Of a DNA stretch of 36,679 nucleotides, positions 1 through 8,603 are shown in pieces; position 1 is the stretch's first letter; every line of letters starts with the position of its first letter. Both the position numbers and the translations under genes were made by a program. The notes beneath the pieces are model-generated. The model was not told the origin of the DNA, ran no database searches, and worked only from the letters and a program-made list of their open reading frames with translations. Origin of the DNA: a virus. Its lineage: Duplodnaviria; Heunggongvirae; Uroviricota; Caudoviricetes. Location of the stretch: the IMG/VR virus record IMGVR_UViG_2579778919_000010, one strand, 5' to 3'.

Positions 1-231
1 ATGAGTGAAGGACCAGGCGGGCCACAGGGAGCGACCGCAGGCGGTACGCTGGCAATGCGAATGCTGTCACAGCAGGCGATGGTCGCCAGCCAGATGAAAC
101 GGGCAGCCAACGACAAAGCCATTGCACAGATGTTGGCATCAAAAAAGTCTGGCCCCCCCGCCGCCAGGCTGGGTGCCGCGCGCCAATCAAAACGCGACAC
201 ATTGACAACTAACATTGGATCGCGTTTGTGA
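1..231 (+). pseudogene. 5' part of a gene split by the prophage insertion. Codons 1-57 are native; the last 19 codons (174..231) are read out of the prophage terminus until a stop
   Basis: ORF is open from the ATG at 1 (an upstream frame ends with TGA at 2-4, giving an ATGA overlap) and crosses the inferred junction at 173/174. Joined to 33070..33832 it reads ...SGPPAARLG/DEIQHKSFLGALAGAVLGAIV..., recreating AARxxDxxxH followed by hydrophobic helices. An internal ATG at 130 would put the motif at residues 11-20. Confidence 0.6.
169..173. repeat. Target-site duplication CTGGG, copy next to the prophage right (R) end
   Basis: CTGGG at 169-173 directly precedes TG at 174; the same pentamer is at 33065-33069 directly after CA at 33063-33064. 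Mu-type transposition makes 5-bp duplications. Confidence 0.6.
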
Positions 232-238
232 TCATGAT
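174..238. promoter_or_regulatory. Prophage right-end (attR-like) terminal region, probable transposase-binding sites
   Basis: TGCCGCGCGCCAATCAAAACGCGACACATTGACAAC... begins with TG and shares the AAAACGCGA core with the recalled Mu R1 site (about 11 of 16 matches over one 16-nt stretch); lies between the terminus and the gin stop. Confidence 0.45.
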
Positions 239-793
239 TTATATGTCAGATGCTGGGAATCGTTTGTACAGAGTTGAGATTCCGACGTCATAAATTAGGG
301 CCACCCTCTGACGAGTTTCGCCAGCCGCTAACAATCTTCCAGCCTGCGCCCACTGTTCAGGTGTTAACTTAGGTCTTCGACCTCCCACGCGCCCCTCAGC
401 TCGCGCAGCAGCCAGACCTGCACGTGTACGTTCAACAATCAGTTCACGTTCCATCTCGGCCAATGCCCCCATAACATGAAAAAAGAAGCGCCCCATTGGC
501 GATGAAGTATCTATGCTGTCAGTCAGACTTTTAAAGTTGATACCTCGCTCGCGTAGTTCTTCCACCAGTCCAACCAGATGACGCATGCTGCGTCCGAGGC
601 GATCAAGCTTCCAGACCACGAGGGTGTCACCTTCAGATAGCGTTCTGAGTACCCGTTTTAGTCCGGGTCTGTCTGAGGTTCTGCCGCTTATCTTGTCTTC
701 AAAAATCAGCTCACATCCTGCACATTCCAGCGCATTACGCTGTAATGCCGTGTTCTGGTCATTTGTTGATACACGTACATAGCCAATAAGCAT
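239..793 (-). CDS. gin: Serine DNA invertase, Gin/Pin/Hin/Cin family
   Basis: Translation from MLIGYVRVSTNDQNT... with catalytic-serine motif YVRVS, GDTLVVWKLDRLGRS and C-terminal HTH (ALIYDVGISTLYKR). ORF track begins 12 codons upstream at 829; the conserved N-terminus argues for 793. Confidence 0.93.
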   Translation of the reverse strand: MLIGYVRVSTNDQNTALQRNALECAGCELIFEDKISGRTSDRPGLKRVLRTLSEGDTLVVWKLDRLGRSMRHLVGLVEELRERGINFKSLTDSIDTSSPMGRFFFHVMGALAEMERELIVERTRAGLAAARAEGRVGGRRPKLTPEQWAQAGRLLAAGETRQRVALIYDVGISTLYKRFPASDI

Positions 794-847
794 GGTTAAA
801 CTCACTTTAAATGGCGGGAATAATGCCATTTGAGCGACTAACGATCA

Positions 848-873
848 TTATCGAAAACGTTGGTTTAATTGGT
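848..873. repeat. gix/hix-like invertase crossover site A, next to gin
   Basis: TTATCGAAAACG-TT-GGTTTAATTGGT: left half matches the hix/gix half-site TTATCAAAAACC in 10 of 12 positions; about 55 bp upstream of the gin start; inverted relative to site B. Confidence 0.6.
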
Positions 874-1446
874 AAATCAAATCGTCGTAATCGTAGACCG
901 GCATCTGATGAACTGGACATGCTCATTGAAGGTCTTCAACAACGATCTACACATAAATGCTCAAAAATTCCGTTCGTTGATATCCTCAAATTTTCTGTGT
1001 GGTCATGTATGCGAATCGGTGAAGTATGCCGATTACGATGGGAGGATCTCGATCAGGAACAAAAATCCATACTCGTAAGAGACAGGAAAGATCCACGTAA
1101 AAAGGAAGGCAACCATATGAAAGTAGCCTTGCTTGGGGAAGCCTGGGATATCGTCCAACGACAACCCAAAAAATCAGAATTCATTTTTCCATATAACAGC
1201 ACTTCTGTTACTGCGGGATTCCAGAGGGTAAGAAGCAAATTAGGTATTAAAGATCTGCGATACCATGATTTGCGTAGAGAAGGGGCAAGTCGCTTATTTG
1301 AGGCTGGTTTTAGTATTGAGGAAGTCGCCCAGGTTACAGGGCATCGTTCATTAAACGTGCTATGGCAGGTATATACCGAACTGTATCCGAAATCTTTACA
1401 TAATCGTTTTGAAGAGCTCCAAAGGAGCAGAAATAAGACCTCTTGA
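862..1446 (+). pseudogene. Tyrosine recombinase catalytic-domain remnant (no N-terminal domain, no own start) in the alternate arm of the invertible segment
   Basis: MRIGEVCRLRWEDLD (box I-like), DLRYHDLRREGASRLFEAGFSIEEVAQVTGHRS (box II-like) and a conserved Y in LWQVYTELY. The ORF-track N-terminus 811-861 lies outside the segment over the gin promoter/site A and is discounted. Confidence 0.55.
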
Positions 1447-1507
1447 CACTGTTTATCCATACAGTTAAAAATAATACTGTATACAACCACAGTATAGAGG
1501 GACTTTT
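1443..1507 (+). promoter_or_regulatory. LexA-regulated promoter: -35 TTGACA, -10-like TAAAAA(T), two SOS boxes
   Basis: TTGACA at 1443-1448; CTGT-N8-ACAG at 1449-1464 (cactgtttatccatacagtt) and at 1477-1492 (tactgtatacaaccacagta); AGAGGGA Shine-Dalgarno before the ATG at 1508. Confidence 0.7.
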
Positions 1508-2038
1508 ATGCGTATTGAAATCTGCATAGCCAAAGAAAAAATGACTAAAATGCCAACCGGTGCTGTGGATGCGTTAAAGGAAGAATTAACCCGACGCATC
1601 AGTAAACGTTATGACGATGTAGAGGTGATCGTAAAAGCCACCAGCAACGATGGCCTTTCTGTTACACGCACCGCAGATAAGGATTCTGCAAAAACTTTTG
1701 TTCAGGAGACTCTGAAAGATACCTGGGAATCTGCTGACGAGTGGTTTGTTCAGAGTCGGTTCTTACTGCATCCTTTTCACTGGGGATTGATGGGCCCAAG
1801 CGTGGATCACTCACGCGTCAGTGAGTGGAGCGCGTGTCTCAATAATGACCTGGAGCGTTTTGTCGATATTTTGGAGAGTCAGATTGAGCTCAGTAAGAGC
1901 CGCAATGAGTGGAAGGAGGTTATCTCCGCCGCCACCATAGCCAATGCCTCCACAGCTCTGGATTGGGGGATGGTTCACGAGGTTGCCGCCGCCACTTACC
2001 CGCAGGCACCCGGCACATACTGGTGGATTAACTGTTAA
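1508..2038 (+). CDS. DinI-like protein with an unusual ~95-residue C-terminal extension
   Basis: First ~81 residues [31 protein letters not shown]...[15 protein letters not shown] resemble E. coli DinI; ORF runs on to 176 aa with no stop where DinI normally ends. Confidence 0.7.
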   Translation: MRIEICIAKEKMTKMPTGAVDALKEELTRRISKRYDDVEVIVKATSNDGLSVTRTADKDSAKTFVQETLKDTWESADEWFVQSRFLLHPFHWGLMGPSVDHSRVSEWSACLNNDLERFVDILESQIELSKSRNEWKEVISAATIANASTALDWGMVHEVAAATYPQAPGTYWWINC

Positions 2039-2197
2039 CATAATTACCTCTCAAATTTAAATTGGGCAGAGATGCCAGCATCCAGGCTCGCGCCTGGACG
2101 ATTGTCTGATGATGAAAAGTGCAGTTTAATCTGTGGCTGGATTATCTGGATGCACTGGAGCTGGTTGATACCTCCAGTGCGCCAGATATTGAATGGC

Positions 2198-2590
2198 CTA
2201 CTCCTCCGGCAGTTCAGGCCAGATGACATCCGGTGCGGTGCTGGTATCTGTTGCCGTCACAGCGTCGATATAATCCAGCACAGCGTTAAGTCGGGTTGTT
2301 TCTGCCTGCGTCAACTTCCGTCCGGCCTGTAATTTCAGTTGAATCAGACTAATGGAAGCCATAGCTGCATCAATCAGCGACTGGCGCTGTGCTTCTGCCT
2401 CACGAAGTAATTCATCATGTGTTTTTGGCGGCTGCATAGGTGACGAAAGCTTTCCCTTATCATAGAACCAACCAATTCTTACATTATCGGATACAGGTAT
2501 AACTAACGCATTAGTTGGTTGCCAGGCACTCTCACCATCCCATACAGCAATATTGGTAACAACACCATTTTCTATAACGGCATAGTTCAT
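2198..2590 (-). CDS. U: Tail fibre assembly protein (U/Tfa-like)
   Basis: MNYAVIENGVVTNIAVWDG... N-terminus typical of Tfa chaperones; its start overlaps the fibre stop (TGATG); directly downstream of the fibre gene. Confidence 0.8.
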   Translation of the reverse strand: MNYAVIENGVVTNIAVWDGESAWQPTNALVIPVSDNVRIGWFYDKGKLSSPMQPPKTHDELLREAEAQRQSLIDAAMASISLIQLKLQAGRKLTQAETTRLNAVLDYIDAVTATDTSTAPDVIWPELPEE

Positions 2591-3558
2591 CACGCATACT
2601 CCCAAATGATTGCAATACCAGCCATTCCTCTACCTCCGGCACGCTGCTGCGTCGTTCCACCGTAGACACAGGCACCACTGCCTCCACCACCATGGCCATT
2701 AGCATTAATACCTTCGCCTACAATGGCTTGTGACCCAGCCCCCGCACCAAGGATTGAATCGCCGCCAGGCCCCCCCATCGCCAGACTGCCGGAATACCGA
2801 ACGCCTGGTGAGCTATAACCGCTTCCAGACACGATAATATTGGCACCTGTAAATCCCGGCTCAGTATATGCTCCATACGGACCAACAACCCCAGGAACAG
2901 TGCCTTCAGCAAGAACATTCCCACCAAGACCACCTTTGGCAATTATGGTATTGCCGAAAGAGGTTGCTCCCCCGGGAGCACCAACCGACGCACTTGCACC
3001 AGTGCCACCATATCCTATTGTCACAGTAGTTACGGTTGGATTATCCACGCGAGCTTTAACATACTCCCCGGACATCCCCCCGCCACCACAAGCAGCATTA
3101 TTGGGATAACCGACCTGACAACCACCACCGGCCCCACCACCACCAACAATTTCAACAATAATAAATCTTGTGCCTTTTGTCGGAGTGTATGTACCTGAGC
3201 TTTTAAACACCTGACACTGTATAAGCCTCCCGGAGCCATCTCCCAAACCAAGGTTTGTGAGAGCCGCCGCGATTGCTGCCGCACCATCTGCTTTAATGTC
3301 GCCAAATGGATTGGAACGACTCAGAAACAGTTTTTTGAGAGCGACCAGAATCTGCGTGTTGTCCATTTTGTCAGGATCAATCCCAGCGGCCTTGAGAATA
3401 TTGAGCAGCTCGCTTTGAATGACATTAAACCAGTCCGGTCCGGGATACGTCGGAGGAACGCCATTACCTCCTTCAGTAAAGAAAAGCTCGGTCTCACTGG
3501 TGACAGGAGACGGTTGTGGCATAACCGGAACACCGGTTGAATTATCTACGTGAAACAT
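2590..3558 (-). CDS. S: Tail fibre protein (S-like); residues ~1-103 constant, ~104-322 inside the invertible segment
   Basis: 322 aa with glycine-rich C-terminal region (GGGGAGGG, GYGGTGAS); follows the DUF2313-like gene; crossover site B is encoded at codons 100-105 (LTNLGL). Confidence 0.8.
   Translation of the reverse strand: MFHVDNSTGVPVMPQPSPVTSETELFFTEGGNGVPPTYPGPDWFNVIQSELLNILKAAGIDPDKMDNTQILVALKKLFLSRSNPFGDIKADGAAAIAAALTNLGLGDGSGRLIQCQVFKSSGTYTPTKGTRFIIVEIVGGGGAGGGCQVGYPNNAACGGGGMSGEYVKARVDNPTVTTVTIGYGGTGASASVGAPGGATSFGNTIIAKGGLGGNVLAEGTVPGVVGPYGAYTEPGFTGANIIVSGSGYSSPGVRYSGSLAMGGPGGDSILGAGAGSQAIVGEGINANGHGGGGSGACVYGGTTQQRAGGRGMAGIAIIWEYA
3238..3263. repeat. gix/hix-like crossover site B, inside the tail-fibre gene
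   Basis: ATCTCCCAAACC-AA-GGTTTGTGAGAG; core AAACCAAGGTTT matches hixL (AAAACCAAGGTTTTT); its reverse complement aligns with site A (AAAC[G/C]TTGGTTT). Confidence 0.6.
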
Positions 3559-4148
3559 CAGTTATCTCCTGAAGAATAAAAATATTCGTATGCTGTGCCG
3601 CCGAGACGGTATTTCGTCAGCACACACTCCAGTTCTCTTGCACGTTCGCTCAGAAGCGGTGTCATGACGTTATCGATACAGGTAAAACGTCCGCCGTTGA
3701 TACCGATCACATCAATCTGTAACGTCCAGCGATAACGAGCTGGATAAAGGGGATACACGCAGCTACGCATGCAGTGGTGAGGCAGAATGACAGTAACCCG
3801 GATAGTAAATCCAAGCGCGGCAGCCACAGCTTCAATCTGCCACGGGGAAAGGCCACCTTTGCGGTGATACTTCTCCACGACAGCACGACGTCGGTCTTCT
3901 ACAGTACCGCTTAACTGCCCACACTCCGGCAGTTCAAGGTATTCCTCCCATTCTTCCAGCAGCATAAATGTTGTTTCTGGCCGCATCTCCGGTAGCAGGT
4001 TTTCTGCATCAAATTCCGTCTGACTTAAACGCCTGGCTAACGCCCGTAAAAAACGGTTTAAATCACCATCCTCATCGCGTGACCACGCTTTGCCACGTGG
4101 CATGACCTGCCATAAAGCGCCCAGCCATTCATCTACACTGTGGGCCAT
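3558..4148 (-). CDS. Tail protein, Mu gp48 / YmfQ-like (DUF2313)
   Basis: Position between the J-like baseplate gene and the fibre gene; family assignment from recalled similarity. Confidence 0.7.
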   Translation of the reverse strand: MAHSVDEWLGALWQVMPRGKAWSRDEDGDLNRFLRALARRLSQTEFDAENLLPEMRPETTFMLLEEWEEYLELPECGQLSGTVEDRRRAVVEKYHRKGGLSPWQIEAVAAALGFTIRVTVILPHHCMRSCVYPLYPARYRWTLQIDVIGINGGRFTCIDNVMTPLLSERARELECVLTKYRLGGTAYEYFYSSGDN

Positions 4149-5209
4149 GTCAGCACTCCGATAGTGATAAGTTCATTCTGAGCACAGGGAATGTCAGCGG
4201 TCAGATTCAGCGTGTAATCCGTCACGCCAGATGCGGTGCCGATAGCAGTGCGAATCGCTGAAATGGGCAGCGTTTGTCCTGGTTGCAGCGTCTTCTGAAG
4301 CGTCAACAGGCGGGACTGGACAGCTTTACGCGTGGCCGGTGTATCCGGTGTTATGCCAATAATCATATTGACGGGACGGAGCACCAGTTCCACGGGCCAG
4401 ACTTCTATTCCTCCAGGTTTACCAACCCATACGCCAGTCGCCGGGTCGGTATGACGGAAAAGGTAATCTTCCATATTTTTCCGGTCCTGATATCCGGGGG
4501 TAATCACTGAACGATCGTCATAAACCCATGCCAGTCCGATTGTGCAGGGACCATGCCAGGCATCAAATGCCCACGCCCGACTGACACCAGCCATTTCTCG
4601 CGCCCAGATGACATAGTCATGCACAGCCCCACCAACGGGGGGATTGCGTTTACGGAATAAAAGCCGGTCAAGCAATTCAGAAACTGGCTCAATATCCGAA
4701 CCACCGATGATGCCTCCCGTACCCGTTAAACCAATACTTTCCACGCCGGGAACGGGGGACAGCAGGGTCAGGCTTTCACCTTCCGGAAGGTTTCCTGACG
4801 CGCCGGCATCGCTGGCCTGAATGGTTACAGTCATGACCCCATCTACAGGAACGCCGGAAGTCGTCACGGCATAAACAATACCGGTAGCGGTTTGCATCTC
4901 CATATCTTCCGGCAGCGGTGTATTCCCTTTAAATACCGCCGGCCCCGTAGCAAACGTGGCCTGTTTTCTGACGACGCCTTCGCTGGCCGCAGTCTCAATG
5001 ATGGTTTCATCATCAGATTTAACAGACGGAATAATCTGGTCTTTAATCCAGCTCTGATGGTCGTATAAATCACGAACCTGATTGCTGAATGAGGTATTTA
5101 GAGCTTTCTCAACGCCTACTGGCGGAAGTTTTTGCAGCCCCAGTTCAAAGGCAATATCTTTTTCGCCGTCAGTAATAAGCTTGCGCAGCGCGGGAACGTT
5201 ATAAGGCAT
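4133..5209 (-). CDS. Baseplate J-like protein (Mu gp47 / W)
   Basis: 358 aa, conserved position in the Mu tail module. Confidence 0.8.
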   Translation of the reverse strand: MPYNVPALRKLITDGEKDIAFELGLQKLPPVGVEKALNTSFSNQVRDLYDHQSWIKDQIIPSVKSDDETIIETAASEGVVRKQATFATGPAVFKGNTPLPEDMEMQTATGIVYAVTTSGVPVDGVMTVTIQASDAGASGNLPEGESLTLLSPVPGVESIGLTGTGGIIGGSDIEPVSELLDRLLFRKRNPPVGGAVHDYVIWAREMAGVSRAWAFDAWHGPCTIGLAWVYDDRSVITPGYQDRKNMEDYLFRHTDPATGVWVGKPGGIEVWPVELVLRPVNMIIGITPDTPATRKAVQSRLLTLQKTLQPGQTLPISAIRTAIGTASGVTDYTLNLTADIPCAQNELITIGVLTWPTV

Positions 5210-5651
5210 TAGCAGTGGACTCCCAGCGTTTACTTATTTCAATCCGGAGCGTCGTTTTATCCGGGCGGGTTAGAATGACAATAAAATTAATTCGGTCATT
5301 GCCGCTTATAGTGGCTGTGACTGCTGCATTACGCGCATAACCAGAACGTAAAAGCGGTTGCATAGAAAGCAGTGCATAATCTTCCACCCGCATTCTGACG
5401 GATTCCGTCAGCTTCTCGCGATCCAGCAACCAGAGTTTCGATCCCCACGGATAATCACTAAATGTGTCGCCGGGCCAGCCTCTCGGGTCCGATGAGTTAT
5501 CAGGAATAATGTCATCAGTATCAGCACGGACGTCGGTGAAAAGACAAATCAGAACCAAAGTGACCAGTCCTTCATCACGCGATAAACCATCATGGTTAAT
5601 TGTCAGTTCACCTCTGGAGAGTTGATTATTCCAGCTGATACCAATAGTCAT
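5199..5651 (-). CDS. Baseplate protein (Mu gp46 / V-like)
   Basis: 150 aa, synteny between the gp45-like and J-like genes. Confidence 0.7.
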   Translation of the reverse strand: MTIGISWNNQLSRGELTINHDGLSRDEGLVTLVLICLFTDVRADTDDIIPDNSSDPRGWPGDTFSDYPWGSKLWLLDREKLTESVRMRVEDYALLSMQPLLRSGYARNAAVTATISGNDRINFIVILTRPDKTTLRIEISKRWESTANAL

Positions 5652-6190
5652 TTCATCTCCGATGTTTTTTTGCCATCCCCGTCCATATGGAAATGCTCAA
5701 GAACAGATTTACCGGCGACCTGAATATCATTTGAAAATACAGATGGGCCGTTAACTTTTAATAATTTTGTATTTATCGCAAACAATTCGCCGGCATCGTA
5801 ATTAACCGATTTCCCTTTAACGTCGATAAGACCACCTTTTTTCAGGGTGATATAAGACTGACCATCGCCGTGATATAACCTGACCTCTCCATCCTCCAGA
5901 CCTTTTGGACGACAGCGCTTGTCTTCAACAGCGATTGCCACCAGACCTTCCCGGCGTCCCCCCACTGCCAGAATGAGTGCTTCTGAACCGACTGGCGGCA
6001 CAGACGTCAGGCCGTAGTTCTGGAAACGTTCAACATCATCATTGGTGGAATCCGCCAGAGACTGGATCTGGAGGTTCTGACGCCCGAGACTGTCTGTAAC
6101 GATACGAACAACGGCCCTGTCAACGAGCAATCGCAGCCGGCGTCCAATACCTTCAAGTGTGCGACCGATATTTGCCGGATTCAGTCCCAT
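5648..6190 (-). CDS. Baseplate assembly / spike protein (Mu gp45 / Q-like)
   Basis: 180 aa, synteny; coupled starts and stops with neighbours. Confidence 0.7.
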   Translation of the reverse strand: MGLNPANIGRTLEGIGRRLRLLVDRAVVRIVTDSLGRQNLQIQSLADSTNDDVERFQNYGLTSVPPVGSEALILAVGGRREGLVAIAVEDKRCRPKGLEDGEVRLYHGDGQSYITLKKGGLIDVKGKSVNYDAGELFAINTKLLKVNGPSVFSNDIQVAGKSVLEHFHMDGDGKKTSEMK

Positions 6191-7275
6191 GTTTCCTCCG
6201 TTTTTGCCTTTGATCTCTTGCCTTTCTTGCCTGCTTTTTTCGCACTGGTTTCAGGCATATCCATCGACTCAGGGGGAACCAGCGTCAGAACGCAGAGACG
6301 TCCGTTATCACCTTCAGTAAACGTGACGGTTTTAATCAGCCATGAGTCCTTCAGGTTCTGTACCGGGTCATCAATATCAACGCGCCTGTTTTTCTGCCAT
6401 AACGGGCCTTCATCGCCATTCTCTCGCCATCCTGCCAGTGTAATTTCGGTGCTGTTGGCTTCGCCCATCATCCGCGCTTTGTACCATTCACCGCGTGTAC
6501 TTGCGCCTCCGACGGTCAGGCTGTCTTCATTGACCAGAATTTTCGGGCGGTAACGGTTGATGTCACCATCATCAACGATGGTCTGACGTCCTCCAATCAC
6601 TTTGACTGGCTGATCGTCCCACGTGCTCCCACCCGCACTGGAGGTGCCTTTCACGATGTACTGGCTGTTTCTCTCACGCCAGCTGAACCGGCCGCGGGCT
6701 GCAAGAATATTGGTCCCGAAAATCAGAGGAACGCCGGCACGCTTTGTTGATGCACGGGTGATGATCAGATTACCCAGACCATCAGCAGTCAGCAGAACGC
6801 CGCGTTGTTTAGCCAGGCGGTCAAGAAGATCGAAGGCGGTCTCTCCCTGTTCAAGCACCACGCTACCGAAGGTTTCACCAGTGTCAGTTTCACTGATAAC
6901 ACTGATGCCATAGGGTTTGCAGATTTCCACTGCCAGTTGCTCCAGTCGAACACCTTTCCACTGGCCGGATTTATGCACCACTGAGCTGTCAACGAGATCG
7001 CCGGTTTTATCCCGCCCCATAACGCGAATACTCATGTTTTCTGCGTCATAGCTGGGAATGAAATCATCAATATACCCCGTCAGAACCGTATCTTTTCCCA
7101 GCCTGACGATGCAGGGCATGCCCTGCTTAATCACGCGTGGTGATGCTTCTGACCATTGTGTGGTGACAGTGAGATCAAATTCGCCGGCAACAGCCTCCAG
7201 TGAGGAAGTGATGGACATCTCTGTCCATCCGTCCCACTGCTGGCCGTCAACCTCAAGCACAACCATTTCCATCAA
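6181..7275 (-). CDS. Baseplate hub / tail protein (Mu gp44 / P-like)
   Basis: 364 aa; position after N; lysine-rich C-terminus. Confidence 0.75.
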   Translation of the reverse strand: MMEMVVLEVDGQQWDGWTEMSITSSLEAVAGEFDLTVTTQWSEASPRVIKQGMPCIVRLGKDTVLTGYIDDFIPSYDAENMSIRVMGRDKTGDLVDSSVVHKSGQWKGVRLEQLAVEICKPYGISVISETDTGETFGSVVLEQGETAFDLLDRLAKQRGVLLTADGLGNLIITRASTKRAGVPLIFGTNILAARGRFSWRERNSQYIVKGTSSAGGSTWDDQPVKVIGGRQTIVDDGDINRYRPKILVNEDSLTVGGASTRGEWYKARMMGEANSTEITLAGWRENGDEGPLWQKNRRVDIDDPVQNLKDSWLIKTVTFTEGDNGRLCVLTLVPPESMDMPETSAKKAGKKGKRSKAKTEETWD

Positions 7276-8603
7276 TCTGTTACCTCGACAGGTTTACCCG
7301 GAAGAACGAACGCCGGGTCTTTCAATCGGTTCCTTGACGCGATGGCGTCACGGTTCTCGGTATTACCGGTTTCACGCCATGCAATCAGAGATACCGGGGA
7401 CGTTGTGGTCAGAATGACCGTTCGTGTCTGTGGTAGCTGAGCGCTTCTGACCCGCACGTCATTGACGACGGCAAAGCGCAGCTCGCGCAGGGCATGCCAC
7501 AAATTCCGCTGACCGTTTTCTACGGCATACACAGCTTGTTCATTCAGTTGCTCAGCCAGCGTGTCACCCGCACTTATGGCTTCCTCACTACTTCTGAACT
7601 CGGTGCTGGCAACGGTCTCTGCCTGTCCAATTAGGCTGGCAACGACAATCAGCTGACGAAAATGAGTGATGTTGGCCTGCATGGCATCGGTCAGTTCAGG
7701 GACAACGTCCGGAAGGCTGCTGGCAAAACCATACTTTCCGTCAGTCACTGAACCTGGTGTGACTGACATGTATTTGGGCAACTGGTGAAGTGCAGCGGCT
7801 GTCGCCCGGTCACTTGTATTTGTTGGCGAAACCGGCGACGACCACGGCGAAGATGAAGAACCGGAAAACTGATCTCCCTGCCACCGGTTGCGGATCTGAT
7901 CATAAACCCGCATTGACCAAAGAGGTTCGGTCACGGTGTCGCGTACACCGCTGACAAGGTTCAGAACATCATTGATAAATCCGGCTGGTTTCGCGACGGC
8001 CAGCTCAATCAACCCACGAAAACGCCCTAAACGGTCAGTCCATTCAGTAATCGCGGAGGGCAGCGTCAGCACACCCACTACCAGATTTTCCATGTCGTCC
8101 ATCCACGTATCGGCCATCTCACCAAGACCATCAAGCAGGGCAAAGACATCGCCATTCGCCAGCGCAGCTTTGACCTTATCCGCTGCGCTGAGTACCGTCA
8201 GGCTGGTATTTTCTGCCGGCGCAGGAAACAGGCGCTCGCCCGCCTCAGATACCTCAAAAGAGATGTAGGCAATGCCGCCTTCCTCAGTGCTCAGACGGTG
8301 AGTCACCTTACCAATCTGAACCTTCTGAATGCCGAACCACGGATGGATAAGTTCACCGGGTCCAGGTGTGTTCAGAGCCCGGAGAAGTGCCTCCAGTTGG
8401 CTCTGGTAGTTCTTTCCAATCAGCTTGCCGTTGATTTGCTGTTGGGTCAGAACGGCACCGTTATCCTCGGTCCAGCCCACTTCTTTTTTGGGGTAGGCGC
8501 GGGGAATTGCCCGACGGCCGCTGGTGCCTTCGTTATCGACCAGATAAAACGAGACGCCCCGGAACGAAGCATCGCGCAGGTCTTCCCATCGGGTAGCAGC
8601 CAT
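7272..8603 (-). CDS. N: DNA circularisation protein N (Mu gp43-like)
   Basis: 443 aa directly downstream of the tape measure gene, as in Mu. Confidence 0.75.
   Translation of the reverse strand: MAATRWEDLRDASFRGVSFYLVDNEGTSGRRAIPRAYPKKEVGWTEDNGAVLTQQQINGKLIGKNYQSQLEALLRALNTPGPGELIHPWFGIQKVQIGKVTHRLSTEEGGIAYISFEVSEAGERLFPAPAENTSLTVLSAADKVKAALANGDVFALLDGLGEMADTWMDDMENLVVGVLTLPSAITEWTDRLGRFRGLIELAVAKPAGFINDVLNLVSGVRDTVTEPLWSMRVYDQIRNRWQGDQFSGSSSSPWSSPVSPTNTSDRATAAALHQLPKYMSVTPGSVTDGKYGFASSLPDVVPELTDAMQANITHFRQLIVVASLIGQAETVASTEFRSSEEAISAGDTLAEQLNEQAVYAVENGQRNLWHALRELRFAVVNDVRVRSAQLPQTRTVILTTTSPVSLIAWRETGNTENRDAIASRNRLKDPAFVLPGKPVEVTD

Larger units (their letters stand above)
860..3251. other. 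Putative invertible DNA segment (G-segment analogue) between crossover sites A and B
   Basis: Inverted gix-like sites with identical central dinucleotide in recombining orientation (TT at 860-861 on plus; AA at 3250-3251 on plus, so TT on minus), adjacent invertase, and site B inside the tail-fibre gene as in Mu S. Confidence 0.55.

Noticed and set aside
811-861. N-terminal 17 codons of the ORF-track integrase-like ORF (MAGIMPFERLTIIIENV)
   Set aside because: This stretch lies outside the invertible segment, over the gin promoter and crossover site A; the open frame there is better explained by the site sequence than by coding.
1811-2041. Glycine-rich minus-strand ORF that might be a remnant of an alternate tail fibre
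   Set aside because: It is antisense to the dinI-like ORF; its glycine richness follows from the complementary strand composition; no fibre motifs can be supported.
2044-2332. ORFs 2072..2332 (+) and 2044..2229 (-) around the 3' end of the fibre-assembly gene
   Set aside because: They overlap tfa or lie in the short convergent gap, have no recognisable motifs and no start context; most likely chance ORFs.
2591-2605. Five-codon 5' extension of the tfa ORF (MGVCV)
   Set aside because: It overlaps the fibre gene C-terminus; the conserved Tfa N-terminus begins at MNYAV (2590) with a TGATG stop/start overlap.
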